Shown in pieces: positions 50,230 through 63,136 of a DNA stretch of 64,000 nt (the first letter of the stretch is position 1; each line of letters starts with the position of its first letter). Source of the stretch: Octopus sinensis. Taxonomy: Eukaryota. The notes beneath the pieces were generated by a model. It had not been told where the DNA came from and searched no databases. It saw nothing but the letters and a program-made list of their open reading frames with translations. The position numbers were made by a program, and so were the translations under genes. Location: NCBI RefSeq assembly GCF_006345805.1, contig NC_042997.1, forward strand, positions 66,402,001 to 66,466,000. Reading direction: 5' to 3'.

Positions 50230-50600
50230 TAAGCCAGGTTAATTAGAGCAACCCAATAGCACAAACAGTAATAAAGCCAAGTCTATTGTGGATGATTCTG
50301 TTGGCATAGCCAGGACTAATTTGCATCTTATTTGTCATTTTATCAATAGTCACCAATCTGTTCAACAGAAACCATGTTGTGGATTCCTTCATTGCTGTCA
50401 TCACCACAAGACATGGCTGAATATCAGCTTGATGCATGACATATGACCATTTTTGAATTTTTTTCAATGCATTCGTAGACAGTTCATAGTGATTAAACAC
50501 TATTCTGATACAGTGCTGAAAGTTTCCAGCGGATACACCTTTGACTCACAGAAATCAATCATTGAACACCGTTTTTAGAATGAACAGAAAGCAGAGCAGA
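50230..50600 (-). mobile_element. Mariner transposase N-terminal fragment
   Basis: LLNRLVTIDKMTNKMQISPGYANRIIHNRLGF..VCA matches the mariner second HTH up to the WVP motif. Confidence 0.7.
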
Positions 50601-50837
50601 GTGGCCATAGTAATAACAATGTAATAACTAATAACAATGACAACTAAATTGACATTTTAAGTTCAAACTAACACTGTATTGACTGGAAGGAGACAATGTT
50701 TAGTGATGTACATGCAACTAATCTTCCTGCCAATGGAAAAAATTATAAATGCAATGCTAATAATAAATGACTCACCACAATATTGGGAGGTTTTTTTTGT
50801 TTGTTTTTATTTCAGAATATGTCTCAGTTTTGTTTAA

Positions 50838-51299
50838 CCCTTTCATAATCAGATTTAATGCTTATTTATTCAGATTACTTTGAATTAATCAGATGTTATC
50901 TCATTGCTTTGAGATTTTAATAACATGATTATTTATTTTTATAATTATATTGTTGGTTAAGTCCAAGAGGCAGGATCTGACCAGTTCAAACATAAGGCAG
51001 GAATATTTTGGCCAGATATGACCAGTTTAAATGCTAAAGAGTTGACCCCTTTGATACCAACATACCAGAGACTGCCCCTGACTCTGGTACAAGCAACTTG
51101 TTTTCAAGAGTCCTGAATTAAAATCTTCCATCAGAACTTAACATCAATTTATGATCCAAACACCACTCAATAATGACAAAGTTATTTTACTAAATCAATA
51201 ATAAATCTTAGAGCGATTATTTTACTAAATTCTTCATTATTTTCAAAATTAATTAAAGCAAAAACAGAGTCTCTCAACAAAAATATGGTAACAAGAGGG
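50838..51299 (+). mobile_element. MITE F (50838-51041) abutting a second TTAA-type MITE G (51046-51299)
   Basis: TTAA 50834-37, shared TTGA 51042-45, TTAA 51300-03; G-like sequence recurs near 60475-60645. Confidence 0.7.
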
Positions 51300-51362
51300 T
51301 TAAACATTATAAAAATTCATTTTCTCTCTCATTCTATAATATTTTGATCTGAATTTTTGTAG

Positions 51363-51579
51363 GAGACAACAATCCACCTAAAGTTTATGCATACCAAATG
51401 GTACGCACTGACTCCAAAGAACAAAAGTTAGATGCTTTTCTAAACAAGCCATCATCTTTTACATCCATTATGAAGACTTACCCAGTTTCTGAAGATGTTG
51501 AAATGACAGCTGATTCAGCTACCAAATCTGATAGTAAAACGCCAAAGAAGGAAAATGTCGAGATGCAGCCTAGTAAAAA
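51363..51579 (+). CDS. MLH1: MLH1 exon with conserved linker motif (rest of human exon 12 equivalent)
   Basis: ttgtag|GA GAC AAC...AGT AAA AA|gttagt; contains KVYAYQMVRTDSKEQKLDAFL; 217 bp; the donor is inferred from phase. Confidence 0.85.
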
Positions 51580-52256
51580 GTTAGTTCACTTGTCCGTCAT
51601 ATTTTTACTTGAGTTCCACTGGTTTGATACTTTTTGGTGATTCTGGTTAATTTCATATTTTTTTGTTTCAATCAGTTCTGTTCTTTGAATTATGTTCTTG
51701 TTAAATTCATAGACACAGATGTGGCTGTGGGGTTAAGAAGTTTGCTTCCCACCTATGTGGTTTTGGCACCTTAGACAAGTGTTTTCTACTATAGCCCCAA
51801 GCCGACCAAAGTCTTGTGAATAGATTTGATTAGTAGATGGAAACTGAAAGAAGCCAGTTGTGTGTGTGCATGTGTGCTTGCATGTGTGTATGTATGTATA
51901 TGCATATGTGTGTGTGTGTATTAAAAAAATTTCAAGGGACCAGGAGATGAGGCAATTTGCTGTACTTGATAAGATGCATCAAGCTAAGTAAAATTGCATA
52001 CCCTTTCAGATGCCAGTGCTGCATAGACGTACCTGTACTGGTGGCACATAAAACCACCCGGCATACTCTGTTAAGTGGTTGGCATTAAGAAGGGCATCCA
52101 GCCATAGAAACCATACCACAACAGATAGTTTGAGTCTGGACAGCTCCCTGCTAGCCAGCTCCATGTCAAACCCATCCAACCCATGCCAGTGTGGAAAGCA
52201 GACGTTAAACAATGATGATATATATATATAGTCTTCTCTTCTTGTATTGCTATTAA

Positions 52257-52459
52257 CCCTTTAGCATCAGATTACTCTGTCTGATGTAATGCTTTCTTAT
52301 TCACTTTGTTTTGAATTAATCATACAGTGTCTCATAGCTTCTTGGTTTTGATGATGTGATTATTTTTGGAATGATACTGTGAGAAGCCACATCTGGCCAG
52401 TTTGAACATAAATCAGTAGAATATTTGAGCCAGATACGGTCGGTTTAAATGTTGAAGAG
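52257..52459 (+). mobile_element. MITE F copy
   Basis: TTAA at 52253-56 and 52460-63. Confidence 0.78.
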
Positions 52460-52696
52460 TTAAGCTATTGACCTACACTTGAGCTATCTTGTTCATTAAC
52501 ATTTTTACTACTAATTTATTCTCTGTTTTGTATTCCATAATTTTTCCTTCCAGCCACCCACCTGTAGCTATTTAAATCAAACATCAATAACATTTATCCT
52601 TTAGTTCAGATGGCATAAAATATGGTAGACTGTGCGTAGTGTCTTTTGCTCCTCGGTTTAATTAATAATTCAATTAATTAACTCATCATCTATGTA

Positions 52697-53010
52697 AAGG
52701 CGCATAGCTCAATGGTTAGAGTATCAGGCTCACAATCATGTGGTAGTGAATTCGATTCCCAGACTGAGCTGCATGTTGTGTTCTTGAGCAAGACACTTTA
52801 TTTTATGTTGCTCCAGTTCACTCAGCTGTAGAAATGAGTTGCAACATCACTGGTGCCAAGCTGTATCGGATTTTGTCTTTCCCTTGGATAACATCAGTGG
52901 CGTGAAGAGTGGAGGCTGGTATGCATGGGTGATTGCTGGTCTTCCATAAACAATCTTGCTCAGACTTTTGCCTCAGAGGAAAACTTTCTAGGTGCAATTC
53001 CAAGGTCATT
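52697..53010 (+). mobile_element. tRNA-derived SINE (head B + tail Z)
   Basis: AGGCGCATAGCTCAATGGTTAGAG...GAATTCGATTCCC A/B boxes; CTTGAGCAAGACACTTTATTT shared with the 49902 element. Confidence 0.78.
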
Positions 53011-53395
53011 CATTATCGAAGGGGTTCTTTACTCTTTTATCTATGTTAACTTTATTATAATTTGCTGGCACTAATCTACCAGCAATTACTTCTAGTTTTA
53101 TCATTACAAAAATACCTGTTTTAAAATGACCCTCCTTAAGTTAAAACCTTCTTTTATAATTTATTAAGTTATTCTAAATATCAGCTTAAATAGCTAAAAT
53201 AACTAGCTATTCCAAATAGCTAGTTATTTTAGCTACATTCATCATAATTCTTGATTATTTTCAAAATTAAATGAGACTCATCCGCTGTATATATTATCTT
53301 TAAAAATATGATGACAAAATAGATAAACAGTGATTGACATCATGTTTTGTTTTTCTCTGTTCCTCATTTTCTTTTATTCATTGAACCATGAGAAG

Positions 53396-53532
53396 AATGA
53401 AACTGGAGTCCAATGTACAGTCACCTACTATTCCTGTTAGGAAGGCTAGTGAAAACGAACCTCAGCGACGCTCTATCAAGCTGACCAGTGTCTTGGAATT
53501 AAAGAAAGACTTCCAGGAAAACTACCATCAAG
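53396..53532 (+). CDS. MLH1: MLH1 exon (human exon 13 equivalent; acceptor ambiguous)
   Basis: Encodes MKLESNVQSPTIPVRKASENEPQRRSIKLTSVLELKKDFQENYHQ and ends G|gtaaat. Phase-compatible starts are 53393 (after GAG), 53396 (after AAG) or 53441 (after TAG). Confidence 0.8.
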
Positions 53533-54293
53533 GTAAATCTACTTTTACCATTTTATAATGTTGTAACTGTTTTTTTAAAACTCCTTCCTCTCTATACCAT
53601 CACTACCTTCTTCACCACCACCATCACCACCACTAAAAAGGGAATCCCTACATGGTCACTGGATTTGTTAGAAATAGCATTTTAAATAAAGGAATGATAT
53701 ATTGCACAATTTTAATTTTTATGTAGTAAGAAGTTTACTTGCCAACTATGTGGTTCCAGGTTCAGTCTCACTCCATGGCACCTGGGGCTAGTGTCTTCTA
53801 CTTTAGCCCCAGGCCAACCAAAGCCTTGTGACAGAAACTGAAAGGAGTTTATCATGTGTGTGTGTGTGTGTGATCATTTTGACACCTGACATCTGGCACC
53901 CATTGCCCCTGTACAGGTAATGTCAATCTGATGCAGGGAGTGAGCTTATCTCTACACAAACATTTGATCACTATAAACAAATCATGTGTATGGTTGTTCA
54001 GTAAGAAATTGTCAAACCCTCATACATCGTCTAATGACAGGAGAGTCCATCATATATACATACACACACACACATATATATATATGTATGTATGTATGTA
54101 TATGAATATGTGTTTGTTCTTCTTGCCTTGACATTGTTTGGCCACAGAGAAATATGACCTGCTTCAAAACAGGAGGGTTGGTGACAGGAAGGAACATCCA
54201 GCTGTAGAAAATCTACTTCAACAAATTCCATCCACCCCAAGTAAGGATGGAAAAGTGGACATCATCATCATGTATTATTATTATTATTATTAT

Positions 54294-54350
<57 letters not shown>

Positions 54351-54364
54351 CAACAGCAGCAGTA

Positions 54365-54562
54365 TGGCAGCAAGCTGGCAGAATTGTTAGCATGCCAGGC
54401 AAAATGCTTAGCGGGTCAACTTTGCCTTTCATCCTTTTGGGGTCAATGAATTAAGTACCAGTGAAACACAGGGGTTGATGTAATTGACTAGTCCCCTCCC
54501 CACAAATTTCAGGCCTTGTGCCTATGGTAGAAAGGAGTAGTAGTAGTAGTAGTAGTAGTAGT
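54365..54562 (+). mobile_element. SINE C copy embedded in (AGT)n
   Basis: (AGT)n at 54295-54350 upstream and 54536-54562 downstream. Confidence 0.8.
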
Positions 54563-56305
54563 TCTGTTCAGTGAGAGCAGAATTAATGTTAAACAACAGC
54601 TTATCTTTATGTATATGTAGAAATGATGTTACTATCTCTGTTTCACTCTGTTTCTGATATAGGCAATGGTCACTGTGTATACTTATAGTGTTTGTGCATA
54701 TTGCTGTGTGTGGTTTTTTTCATTGATTTTGTTAGTGTGAGTGTGTATGTTAATGTGTTTGTATTAATGTGCATTTGTTGGATATTGGTCTTACACTGCA
54801 AGTATTACTCACCTCTTCTAATAGTTATACCAATAAAACTGATTTTTTACTGAGTGTGTATGTGTGTTATTGCAGGTATTAGTGTATTTGTGTGTCCAAG
54901 ATGTGATATGTGCATACGTGTGCATGTGTGTGTGTATCTAGAGAGAGGAAGAAGGAGAGAGACTCATGTGAGATGTATGTGACTGCATGTCAATGTATGT
55001 ATGTGTGTGTCCAGGTGTATGTAGGTATTAGTATAATATATATATCATATTTATGGTGCACGTATGAGTTTAACTGTGTATGAGGTGTGCATGAGTGTAT
55101 ATGTATGCATTCTCATGTAGGATATCTGAGTGTATATCAGTCTGTGAGATGTGTGCACGTGAAACACAGAACTACCTCTGTGACTAATGATTGTCTGCAT
55201 CAGCAATTAACGAGTATAAACAGTTCAAAATTGGAATAAATTAGTTTACCATGAAGAAGATGACAAGTCTAACAATTCAGGCAACTGCTTGAAGCATTAC
55301 AATTCTCTTCTTTTGAACTGTTTGTATCTATGTTACTGTTAACGAACCTCAGCTTTGATTACATTACAGTCTCTCTGGTTGTTTATATTAAATCAAATTT
55401 TCTCAGACCTGTTATGTATAAGGTCTACCTTTTCAAATATGTCTTTTTTTTTTAAGACTACTGTATGATTTTAAGACATTTCACTGCTGTTTTTAACAAA
55501 TCAAACAATTTCATAGAGGCACATTTGTTTTGCTTAAATGCATGTCTCTGCATATGTATGTATGCATTTGTGTAAATTTATGGGTGGGGGGGGTCTAGCT
55601 TCATATGTGTTGCTGGTCTAAGTTTTATTAACAAGTGTTATGTTATATAAACTCTATGCACAGTAATTTTGCCTGCTTCCCTGAAGCAAGGTTTCAAACC
55701 CTAGGCTCCATAATAACACTGTGTAACACGATTTTTATCCTTAGGTTGCAACTGTTATTTCTTATTTGCTTACACCTTAGAAAGTATGAAAAATGGCTAA
55801 TATTTCCTTCAAACTTTGCTTTAGTTACATTTATTAAAATTCCAAAGAGTCCCTTTCAACACATGGCTATGGTGCTCCCCTACTACTCTTGCTTATGCAC
55901 ATATAGTCAACCACTAATGGACCTCCTCAAGTGGTTAAGGTCAAACAGCTGACAAACAAATCTGTGGTACTGAACAGAATATTTGCTATGACGATATTTC
56001 TGCTTCAGCTACTCAGGGCTGAATCTGTCTGAAATGTAATGGAAAATAGGTCAATTTCAAGACATTGATGTCTATCTTACAAAAGCAAAGTTCAAAAGGA
56101 ACTGCAAGTCATCATTTCCTTTGATTTCTAGATAGAAACAAATAGGAAATAATACTTACTGACCAAAGAGAAAAAGAATTTTTATTTTGTTAGATGGTGT
56201 AATGAATACCATTCTGTTAGATAAAGTCCTTTACCTAATAAATCATGCACATCTTTTTTTCTTATATTTCTTTTCTTCATTTTCATTAAAAACATTCCTA
56301 CCCAG

Positions 56306-56414
56306 GCCTTCGTGAGATGTTGCAGAACCACAAGTTTATTGGATGCATCAACGAAGAACTGAGTTTGATGCAGCACCAGACTAAATTATACCTCATTAAC
56401 AATGCCAAACTAAG
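56306..56414 (+). CDS. MLH1: MLH1 exon (human exon 14 equivalent)
   Basis: acccag|GC CTT CGT...CTA AG|gtaagt; [35 protein letters not shown]; 109 bp. Confidence 0.95.
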
Positions 56415-56808
56415 GTAAGTCATTTTACACTTTATTGCATCTTATTGTTTATTAGGTTAGCTGTAATTCCCAGGAAAGCAAGTTCAATTTCATTTTGCTG
56501 CAGTGTCTTTTTTTTTTTTTTTTTTTATTATCACTCTGAGCTTCTTAATGAAATCAAATTGGAAAGTCATTTAATGAGAAAAAGTACCTAATCTTTCAGT
56601 GCCTCAAGCTTTATATGTAGTTAGGCATGGCTGAGTGGTTAAGAAGCTTGCTTCCCAACCATGAGGATTCCAACTCAGTTCCATTGCACAGTACTGTTTG
56701 AAAAAGGCCAACTTTATTGTTCTGCAAGAAGTATTTGGCCACAAAACAATAATTTTTATTTCAACAAAAGACAGTCTGATAGGAAATATTATGTATTTTC
56801 TGTTGCAG

Positions 56809-56872
56809 TCAACAACTCTTCTATCAATTTCTACTGACTGACTTTGGAAACTTTGGTGCCATCCGACTTTCT
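56809..56872 (+). CDS. MLH1: MLH1 exon (human exon 15 equivalent)
   Basis: ttgcag|T CAA CAA...CTT TCT|gtgagt; QQLFYQFLLTDFGNFGAIRLS; 64 bp. Confidence 0.94.
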
Positions 56873-57299
56873 GTGAGTAAACATTTAGCATTCTTCTTTT
56901 CAACACCCTTTTCTTTTTTCTTTTGTTGATATGGTTTGAATGGATCTATAAGCTCTGACACTTGTAGAAATTTCTGAAGCAGTTCTTATAAGTTTAGTGG
57001 ACAAATATGCATGCATACACACACACACTTCCATATATTCTCCATCTTATTTCATTCACAAAGTATTGGTCAACTTGAGGCTCTGCATAAGTATATGTAT
57101 GTGTGTGTTTGTGAAAAATCCAGTTGTCACAAATTGTGACTCAGGCTGCTGGGTAGCACCTATATTGCTTGTTATTTCAAATATATATTCAAATATATTG
57201 CTTCTTATTTCAAGCAATATAAGTACCACTTGAGCATATAACTATATTGCTTGAAATATAGGTTTGTGTGTGTGCGTGCATGTATGTATATATCTATAT

Positions 57300-57772
<473 letters not shown>

Positions 57773-58034
57773 CACACTACTGCTAATCATATCTAATTTT
57801 CTTTGTTTGCATTATAATGGACAATAAATTTCTTGAATCAATTAATTTTACACAACCTTTCTACTGAAATAGATGCAAAACCTGTTTTTTTTTTCTGTTT
57901 TTGCTTTTATTAATCTGGTGAGCTAGAATAGGCAGAATCAGATGCTTTGCTCAGTGGTACCACACATAATGGCTGTAGTAGTAAGATTTGAACTTAGGAT
58001 CAACCATATGGTCAGTAGTCTAGCACATTGGTTT

Positions 58035-58238
58035 CATATTTTGGCACAAGGCCAGCAATTTCATGGGGGCAGGGGATAAGTCAATTACATTAACCCCAAT
58101 GCTCAAGCGGTACTTATTTTATCAAGCTCAAAAGGATATAAGCCAACCCTGACAGCATCTCAACTCAGAACGTAATGTTAGAAGAAATTCCACGAAGCAT
58201 TTTGTCCAGTACAATAATGATTCTCCCTGCTCGCCACC
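58035..58238 (-). mobile_element. Diverged SINE C copy
   Basis: Family C core, reverse complement. Confidence 0.7.
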
Positions 58239-58348
58239 TTCCAGTACATTGACTTTACATCTATAGTACCTCTTACATTGGACTAACTGATTTTGTAAAG
58301 TATCAAATATTTGCTTATCAAAGGACTTCAATGTTTGTTTTCATACAG

Positions 58349-58513
58349 GAACCAGCACCTCTTTATGATTTAGCTCTGCTTGCACTTGATCTTGAAGAAT
58401 GTGGGTGGACTGAAGCAGATGGCACCAAAGAAGACCTAGCTGACTACATTGTGAAATTCCTGTTCTCTAAAAGAGAAATGTTGCAGGATTATTTCTCTCT
58501 GGATATTGATGAG
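58349..58513 (+). CDS. MLH1: MLH1 exon (human exon 16 equivalent)
   Basis: atacag|GAA CCA...GAT GAG|gtaaat; EPAPLYDLALLALDLEECGWTEADGTKEDLADYIVKFLFSKREMLQDYFSLDIDE; 165 bp. Confidence 0.96.
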
Positions 58514-58782
58514 GTAAATAAGATCACTTGGATAATCTCTAAATGCTGCTATCTTTGTGTTCTGATAACCATTGTTTGACCTGTCTCAAATGGTCATATT
58601 CCCAGACAGTATGATGAGATAGAACTAAGAATGGATAATTTTAATTCTAGTATTGATCATTATTAGAGTTGAAGCTGGCTGAAATTGATAGTCACTGATT
58701 TGTACATCACTATTAATACCACACAGCATCCCAAACAAAGACACATGTCTTTCTCAATATTTTTTCTCTCTCTCTCTCTCTG

Positions 58783-58813
<31 letters not shown>

Positions 58814-59038
58814 CCCTCATTGTTTGGTAAAATTATCAGAAATATATATATATCTGAACTATAGCTTCTTTCAATCAGTGTTTTGTCGACTCTACACATC
58901 AGTGGATTGTAATCCTTACATATCAATACACATATATCTCACTCAACACATTTCTAATACAAGAATGTAGTGAACACTTTTATGTTTTTATTTCACATAC
59001 ACACATTCATACCATATTTTCCTGCAAATCAGCATACT

Positions 59039-59414
59039 CTTTTACTTGTTTCAGTCATTTGACTGCGGCCATGCTGGAGCACCGCATTTTAGCCGAGCAA
59101 ATCGACCCCAGGACTTATTCTTTGTAAGCCTAGTACTTATTCTATCGGTCTCTTTTGCCAAACCGCTAAGTTACGGGGACGTAAACACACCCACATCAGT
59201 TGTCAAACGATGTTGGGGCAGGGACAAACACAGACACATATATATATATACGACAGGCTTCTTTCAGTTTCTGTCTACCAAATCCATTCTCAAGGCTTTG
59301 GTCGGCCCAAGGCTACAGTAGAAGACACTTGCCCAAGGTGCCACACAGTGGGACTGAACCCGGAACCATGTGGTTGGTAAGCAAGCTACTTACCACACAG
59401 TCACTCCTGCACCT
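59039..59414 (-). mobile_element. Near-complete SINE D (young)
   Basis: Head AGGTGCAGGAGTGACTGTGTGGTAAG...GGTTCAGTCCC; tail GCGGTGCTCCAGCATGGCCGCAGTCAAATGACTGAAACAAGTAAAA; many CpGs retained. Confidence 0.88.
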
Positions 59415-59584
59415 ACCATAGTATATAAATTAAACATGTAGTGTAAATATTCAAGCATCATCACTATCTTCCCATTTCCTGCTGCATTTCACAAGGAACT
59501 TTTGGTCCTCCAAAGTCAACCTACCATTTTTGGCTGTAAATTTTGGTCTGAAAAATTCAACTTATTTTTTATATTTTATTTTTT

Positions 59585-59890
59585 ACTTGTTTCAGTAATT
59601 AGACTGCAACCATGCTGGGGTACCACCCTGAAGAATTTTTAGTTTACAAGAATTATTCTTCTTGTAAGCTTGATGCTTATTCTATCAGTCTCTTTTTGCC
59701 AAAACACTAAATCATGGGGTACATAAACACACCAGCACCAGTTATCAAGTGGTGGTGGTGGCAGACAAACACAGAAACAAAGACACACACACAAACATGA
59801 CTAGCTTCTTTCAGTTTCTGTCTACTAAATCCATTCACAAGGCTTTGGTTGGCCCAAGGGTATAGTAGAAGGCACTTGCCCAAGGTGCAA
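59585..59890 (-). mobile_element. Diverged SINE D copy
   Basis: Homologous to 59039-59414. Confidence 0.75.
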
Positions 59891-61484
59891 TGGAGATGCA
59901 GATCAACTTGCCAAAGATAGTTGCAGTGTAATATATAATTGCTCAATGTTCTAATAGCTTAGATTGCCCTGAAAATACAACCTCTTTTAAATCATTACAT
60001 GAAGAACTTACCAATGGTGACCCAACATCTTAATGAATTATAACTGTTTGCTGTTGACCACTGCATTTACTGTCTTTAAGAATAAAATTCCATTATTTGC
60101 CATGTTTAATTAGCATCATAGCTAATGGTTGTCAGTTGTAATTCATATTAGACCTTTATTGCTCTTGTTTTATCCAGAAAGAGGAGGAAGAAATTTATAA
60201 TTGCTGAATTATTTCTATAAACCACATTAAAGAAGTAGGCACAAATTAATGTAACTTTCTCTTTTTCCATTGAAAATAAATTTGTTGTAAAATTCAATTT
60301 AAATTTAAAATTGACAATTTTTATTATATTTGGTTACAATTTGAGTTAGAATTAAATTTTAAATTCACATTCATACACAAACACAAGATTTCTGTATTAT
60401 AAAATATCTGTTGTATCACTTTGAAACTTTAAACTAAAGAAAGGAGACAATATTTGTCAAAGAAACCACCTTCCCTAACTCTTTTAATACCAACCAGTAA
60501 GTAGCTTTAAGTTATTTCCAAATATTTATCTTAATAAGAACATTTATTCTAATAAACTACTTTAAATTCTTGATTATTATCAAAATTAATTGAAACTTAA
60601 TTATAAGTAGTGTATTTCAATAGAAATAGTGTAACGAAAGTGTTAATATAAACCATGAGGAATATATAAAATGTTATGGTGTGGTCAAATTTTGTTGTTT
60701 CTCTTCCTGATGAAGTATTCAGTTATGTATTGTTTAACCCCACATCAGCATTTCAGCCTTGTCCATCTTGTTTTATTGTAAATCTAAGACTACATTGCCC
60801 AATATGGCCTTCCTTTTGTTTTAAATAGTAGAATATAACTGATTTGAGGAAGAGTGTTTTTCTTTTTCGCTATTTCTACATATTGCCTATTCACTTTGCA
60901 TTGACCAGGAGCGATTACAAAGCACCACATAGCATAATCTGAAGCAAAACTTGATAGAAAGACATTCGCAAGCAACATATCTATCTAATACTTACAAAAG
61001 TAAATGATTAATTATGGAAGTGACTCCAAACCTAAATAACTTAAACTAGTCACAAACAAAAACCATTCCTTGATTGCTGAAATTCAAACCTGGCAGTAAT
61101 TTTACCTAGTAAAGCACTAATCTTAGTCCTCCTTCCTTTTTATCTAATTTTTATGGGAACTTATGGTGGCTGCACATGCCAACACCAATCACATCATCCA
61201 AAATGTGAGATTGTGAAGATCTAGGTGATAAACCTGGGAACTCTAAAGAAATTGTAAAGAACTCATGATAAAAACCTTAATAAATCAAGAGATGAAGCTA
61301 GAAATGCATGGTTAAAGAAGTTATTCATTTCACCCATTTGAGTCTCACCAGTCACCTATATTGCTAAGTGCTTTATAGGTGCAAAACGGATAGTCACTCT
61401 ATGACCAGCCATAACTTTTAAAAATATATTACTGCTCTAATGCTTTAGAGCATGCTTCTTTTTCAGATATATGAACTACTGACA

Positions 61485-61515
<31 letters not shown>

Positions 61516-61836
61516 AGAAATTAAAAAAGGAAAATACGCACACTTACATGGTTATAATATAATTTTTAATGTATCAACCGGTTTCGCAATCGCTATTCAT
61601 GATATAATGTTTAATTTATATGAATATTTTTTTTTTCAGAAGAAGAAATTTGGTCCATGTTGTTTGTAAAGAAATTCACAAGTGAATTTCATTCATGGAA
61701 ATTGTTCAGTTTGAACAATTTCCATGATGTTTCATATTTAGATGCTTTTAGAAAATCCATTCAGTTGTTAAACATAAATAAATCTTGGAATTAAATGGTT
61801 TTGATTTACTGTCAAGTGACTTTTGGCCAAACCTGA

Positions 61837-62688
61837 TGAGGTGGTATCAAAAGGTTCTCAGACTAGTTATGTTTAATAAAAAATAACTTATTTACCTAGG
61901 GTTTAACATCATCTCCTATGAAACAGTCACCTTGTGCAGCAACACACTGGTCGCAGCATTCCTGCTACCTTTGGAATCCAGCCAGGAAGTTGTTTTCTGT
62001 GGGTCAAGGACCTCCAGTGACAGAGGTGTTAAAACAGTAACCTTTGAGCTGCATTTTCATCTTAGGGAAGAGATGGAAATCCACATGTGCTAGATCTGAT
62101 CAATAGGATGGGTGCAGAAGTGATACCATGTTGTTTTTGGTTAGAAACTCATGAATGAGAAGAGTTTGGTGAAGAATCCAATTCTTCACACTCCACAGAT
62201 CCAGTTGTTTTCACTGACTGTCCTCCCTCAAATGCTTGAAAATGTAGAACTCTCGATTGATGAATTCTTGAATGTACAATACTACATTTCTAGGGGTGAT
62301 GCATATGGTAGGTCTTTCAGATCACTCATCATCTTCCAGGGACATTCTTCTGCTTTTGGAACACCTATGTCACTCGAAGCATTGCGTATAAGCCATTGCC
62401 TCATCACTGTAGGCTTATCAAGGCATGGTCCATGTCTCTGTAGCAGACTTCCCAAGTTTAATGCAAAATTTCACATTAGCTCTTTGTTCATGTCCATGAC
62501 AAAATCGCAGACTACAGCATACATGTGATCACAAAAACACAAATTTCACAAGCTGCAAAGTAAACACTGCGATGTCACTCAGCACACTGCCTCATGGTCA
62601 CTGCTAGCTCTCACTGTGAAAACAACTTTGTGCTGCCATCTGTGAGTGTGCTACAGAACTAGTCCAGGAGCCTTTTGATACCTCCTCT
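61837..62688 (-). mobile_element. Internally deleted mariner-type element, same subfamily as 38007-38754
   Basis: TIR GAGGTGGTATCAAAAGGTTC / GGAGCCTTTTGATACCTC; minus-strand DLAHVDFHLFPKMK. Confidence 0.8.
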
Positions 62689-63136
62689 TAATCTTAATAA
62701 TACTAAAACTCCAGGGATGTTTGTGTATACCCGAAATAATATATTTTATTTTAATTTTTTTTGCATATTTATTTTTATACTTACCTTCAGCAGTGCAGTA
62801 CACATTTTTGTGACATTTGGACCTCTATTTATTAATGAAAACAAAAAGCACAAATTTTGTATTTACTCGTGACATCAACACACATAATGCATGTCATGGT
62901 GTGTCAATCAGCACAAACACACATCCACTATCTGTGACATATACACACACATAGTCTTTGCCTTCTCTAAGAAAAAAAACATCGACTTTTTGACCTACAC
63001 AATATATTTTAATCAGTTAGAAATATTTTTAACTGAATGTGATTTCAAAAGTGTAAGTTGTTTGTACAGTAAGTCTTTATATTTTAGCTTTCTTTAAACA
63101 GACAATATCTTAATGTATTTTTTAATTATTTTCAAG

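Noticed and set aside
52697-52770. tRNA gene-like sequence (also at 2960-3034, 20010-20085 and 59340-59414)
   Set aside because: A/B boxes are present but the cloverleaf is incomplete and runs into repeat bodies; these are SINE heads.
60170-60210. Acceptor-like TTTTATCCAG as the start of the next MLH1 exon
   Set aside because: Translates KEEEEIYNC-stop with no similarity to the expected EGNL.GLPLL..Y.P.
61625-61680. Acceptor-like TTTTTTTCAG as the next MLH1 exon
   Set aside because: The phase-0 frame stops after 9 codons and shows no MLH1 similarity.
61833-61860. CTGATGAG hammerhead core
   Set aside because: It overlaps the mariner TIR and has no stem II or GAAA downstream.
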